NCBI GenBank assembly: GCA_965603135.1
Contig: CBFDBV010000003.1
Coordinates: 1 to 36,899 of the forward strand
DNA length: 36,899 nucleotides
From: an uncultured bacterium
Lineage (GTDB): Bacteria > Armatimonadota > Zipacnadia > Zipacnadales > UBA5352
Direction of reading: 5' to 3'
The first letter of the stretch is position 1, and each line of letters starts with the position of its first letter. A program made the position numbers and the translations under genes. Shown here piece by piece: positions 35,876 to 36,899 of this stretch. The notes below the pieces were generated by a model. It saw nothing but the letters and a program-made list of their open reading frames with translations. It made no database searches and was not told where the DNA came from.

Positions 35876-36166
35876 TCAGGTCGAGAGGTCGAGCCAGTGC
35901 TCCATTGTCTCGACCTCGTCGTCCTCCCTGACGGTCTTCAGCCTTATCTCGAACTCGCCCCAGCCCGCTCCCTCCAACGCAAAGCCAGTCCCTCCGGAGC
36001 CCCGCTCTCGCACCACCTGCACGGGGTTTCGGAAGGTCGGGTGCAGGGTGTATTGCACCTCCTTGATCCTGTCCAACTCCTCCGGCGGGCCCTCGAGGAA
36101 CACCGTCCACTGATACCAACCTGGGCTCTTCCCTGCCTGAGCCGTATTCTTGACCTCTATCGCCAT
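35876..36166 (-). CDS. Stand-alone prokaryotic YEATS-domain protein
   Basis: WTVFLEG...IKEVQYTLHPTFRNPVQVV...FALEGAGWGEFEI matches the YEATS hallmarks LHxTF and GWGEF. Confidence 0.88.
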   Translation of the reverse strand: MAIEVKNTAQAGKSPGWYQWTVFLEGPPEELDRIKEVQYTLHPTFRNPVQVVRERGSGGTGFALEGAGWGEFEIRLKTVREDDEVETMEHWLDLST

Positions 36167-36214
36167 GGCAGTATCACCAGCCCTGTGAGAGTGACCTCCC
36201 GTTTAGCTATCATG

Positions 36215-36679
36215 TCATCTGAGGAGCATGTCGGCATGGCTCAGGAATGGATCAAGTGGATACGATCGCCAAGTCCTGCCATCCTCAGACATCTCCAATT
36301 CCACGCTGTCGTCTGGTCCTACATCCGGCAGCCTTACCACTAAGGCACCTGCCTGCTTGACTAGGTTGAGTTGGTGTGTGCTCGGCTGCTTTCCAGACTG
36401 GGACGGCCTTATCGTGCACTTGCACGCGGTTAGTCCAGCGTCTGGCGGATCCTCTCCAAAATGCAGCGCCATCCGAAGGGAGGCCAGTCCGAACACAACG
36501 CGGAACAGGGCTATGATGCTCCCCACAACCTCCAGAATCAGCGCAGTGAACAAGGCCGGCAGATACCCCTCAGCGATGTCGAGGACCTTTGTCACGCCCA
36601 ACAGTGTCACTAGCGCAGTCATCACAAAGATGACCAAGAACGCGTAGAACAGCGGCCTGCCCATGTCACGTTTTGCCAT
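36215..36679 (-). CDS. Hypothetical protein with two N-terminal TM helices and a small beta-rich C-terminal domain
   Basis: LFYAFLVIFVMTALVTLLGV and LFTALILEVVGSIIALFRVVF are TM-like; likely ATG at 36679 (the ORF track starts at 36691). Confidence 0.7.
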   Translation of the reverse strand: MAKRDMGRPLFYAFLVIFVMTALVTLLGVTKVLDIAEGYLPALFTALILEVVGSIIALFRVVFGLASLRMALHFGEDPPDAGLTACKCTIRPSQSGKQPSTHQLNLVKQAGALVVRLPDVGPDDSVELEMSEDGRTWRSYPLDPFLSHADMLLR

Positions 36680-36899
36680 TGCCTCACACACCTCGCTGTT
36701 CCGCCGAGACGTGATCCCCGGCCACGCCCGCCCCGGCTTTCGACAACGTCATCAATGTGTTCCCGCAGCCCTCGCGCTGACGCGCCCAACTGTTGCCTGT
36801 CCCATCGTCTTCGTCTCGTTCCGGGGGATGTGGCAGCGATCGTGGCAGCAGCGTCGGAGGTCTGCGGCGATGTTGCATCTGTTCCTGCGCCTACGCGTT

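Noticed and set aside
36739-36766. Shared promoter-like motif (AGG/GGGA...CGAA), also near 269-297 and 25657-25683
   Set aside because: Spacing varies between sites and there are too few examples to support by eye.
1-36899. CRISPR array, tRNA/rRNA genes, integrase or transposase
   Set aside because: No regularly spaced repeat-spacer array, RNA gene signature or recombinase/transposase motif was recognised.

Overview
High-GC bacterial window, dominated by secreted or periplasmic carbohydrate-active proteins: GHL10-like, GH29 fucosidase, clan-A GH-like, PL10-like, beta-helix and LamG/CBM multidomain proteins. It also has an amidohydrolase, EamA transporter, CPBP protease, DegT-family aminotransferase and ceramidase-like gene. 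The gene content and a secretin suggest a diderm such as Armatimonadota or PVC (inference only). Three unusual layers sit on this backbone. (1) A 42-bp stop-free element is inserted in-frame, in different reading frames, into two unrelated genes (~2394-2439 and ~26198-26243). (2) Three cargo blocks are each bounded by a 150-170 bp duplicated terminus of a neighbouring gene (EamA 3' end, fucosidase 3' end, glycosidase 5' end), with no integrase or transposase in the window. (3) Candidate conflict or envelope genes: a DUF4062-STAND-TPR protein, an orphan atypical secretin, and a minus-strand cluster of a 2TM protein, a prokaryotic YEATS domain, a helical-repeat protein and a beta-barrel-like protein. 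All family calls come from reading motifs by eye; no searches were run.
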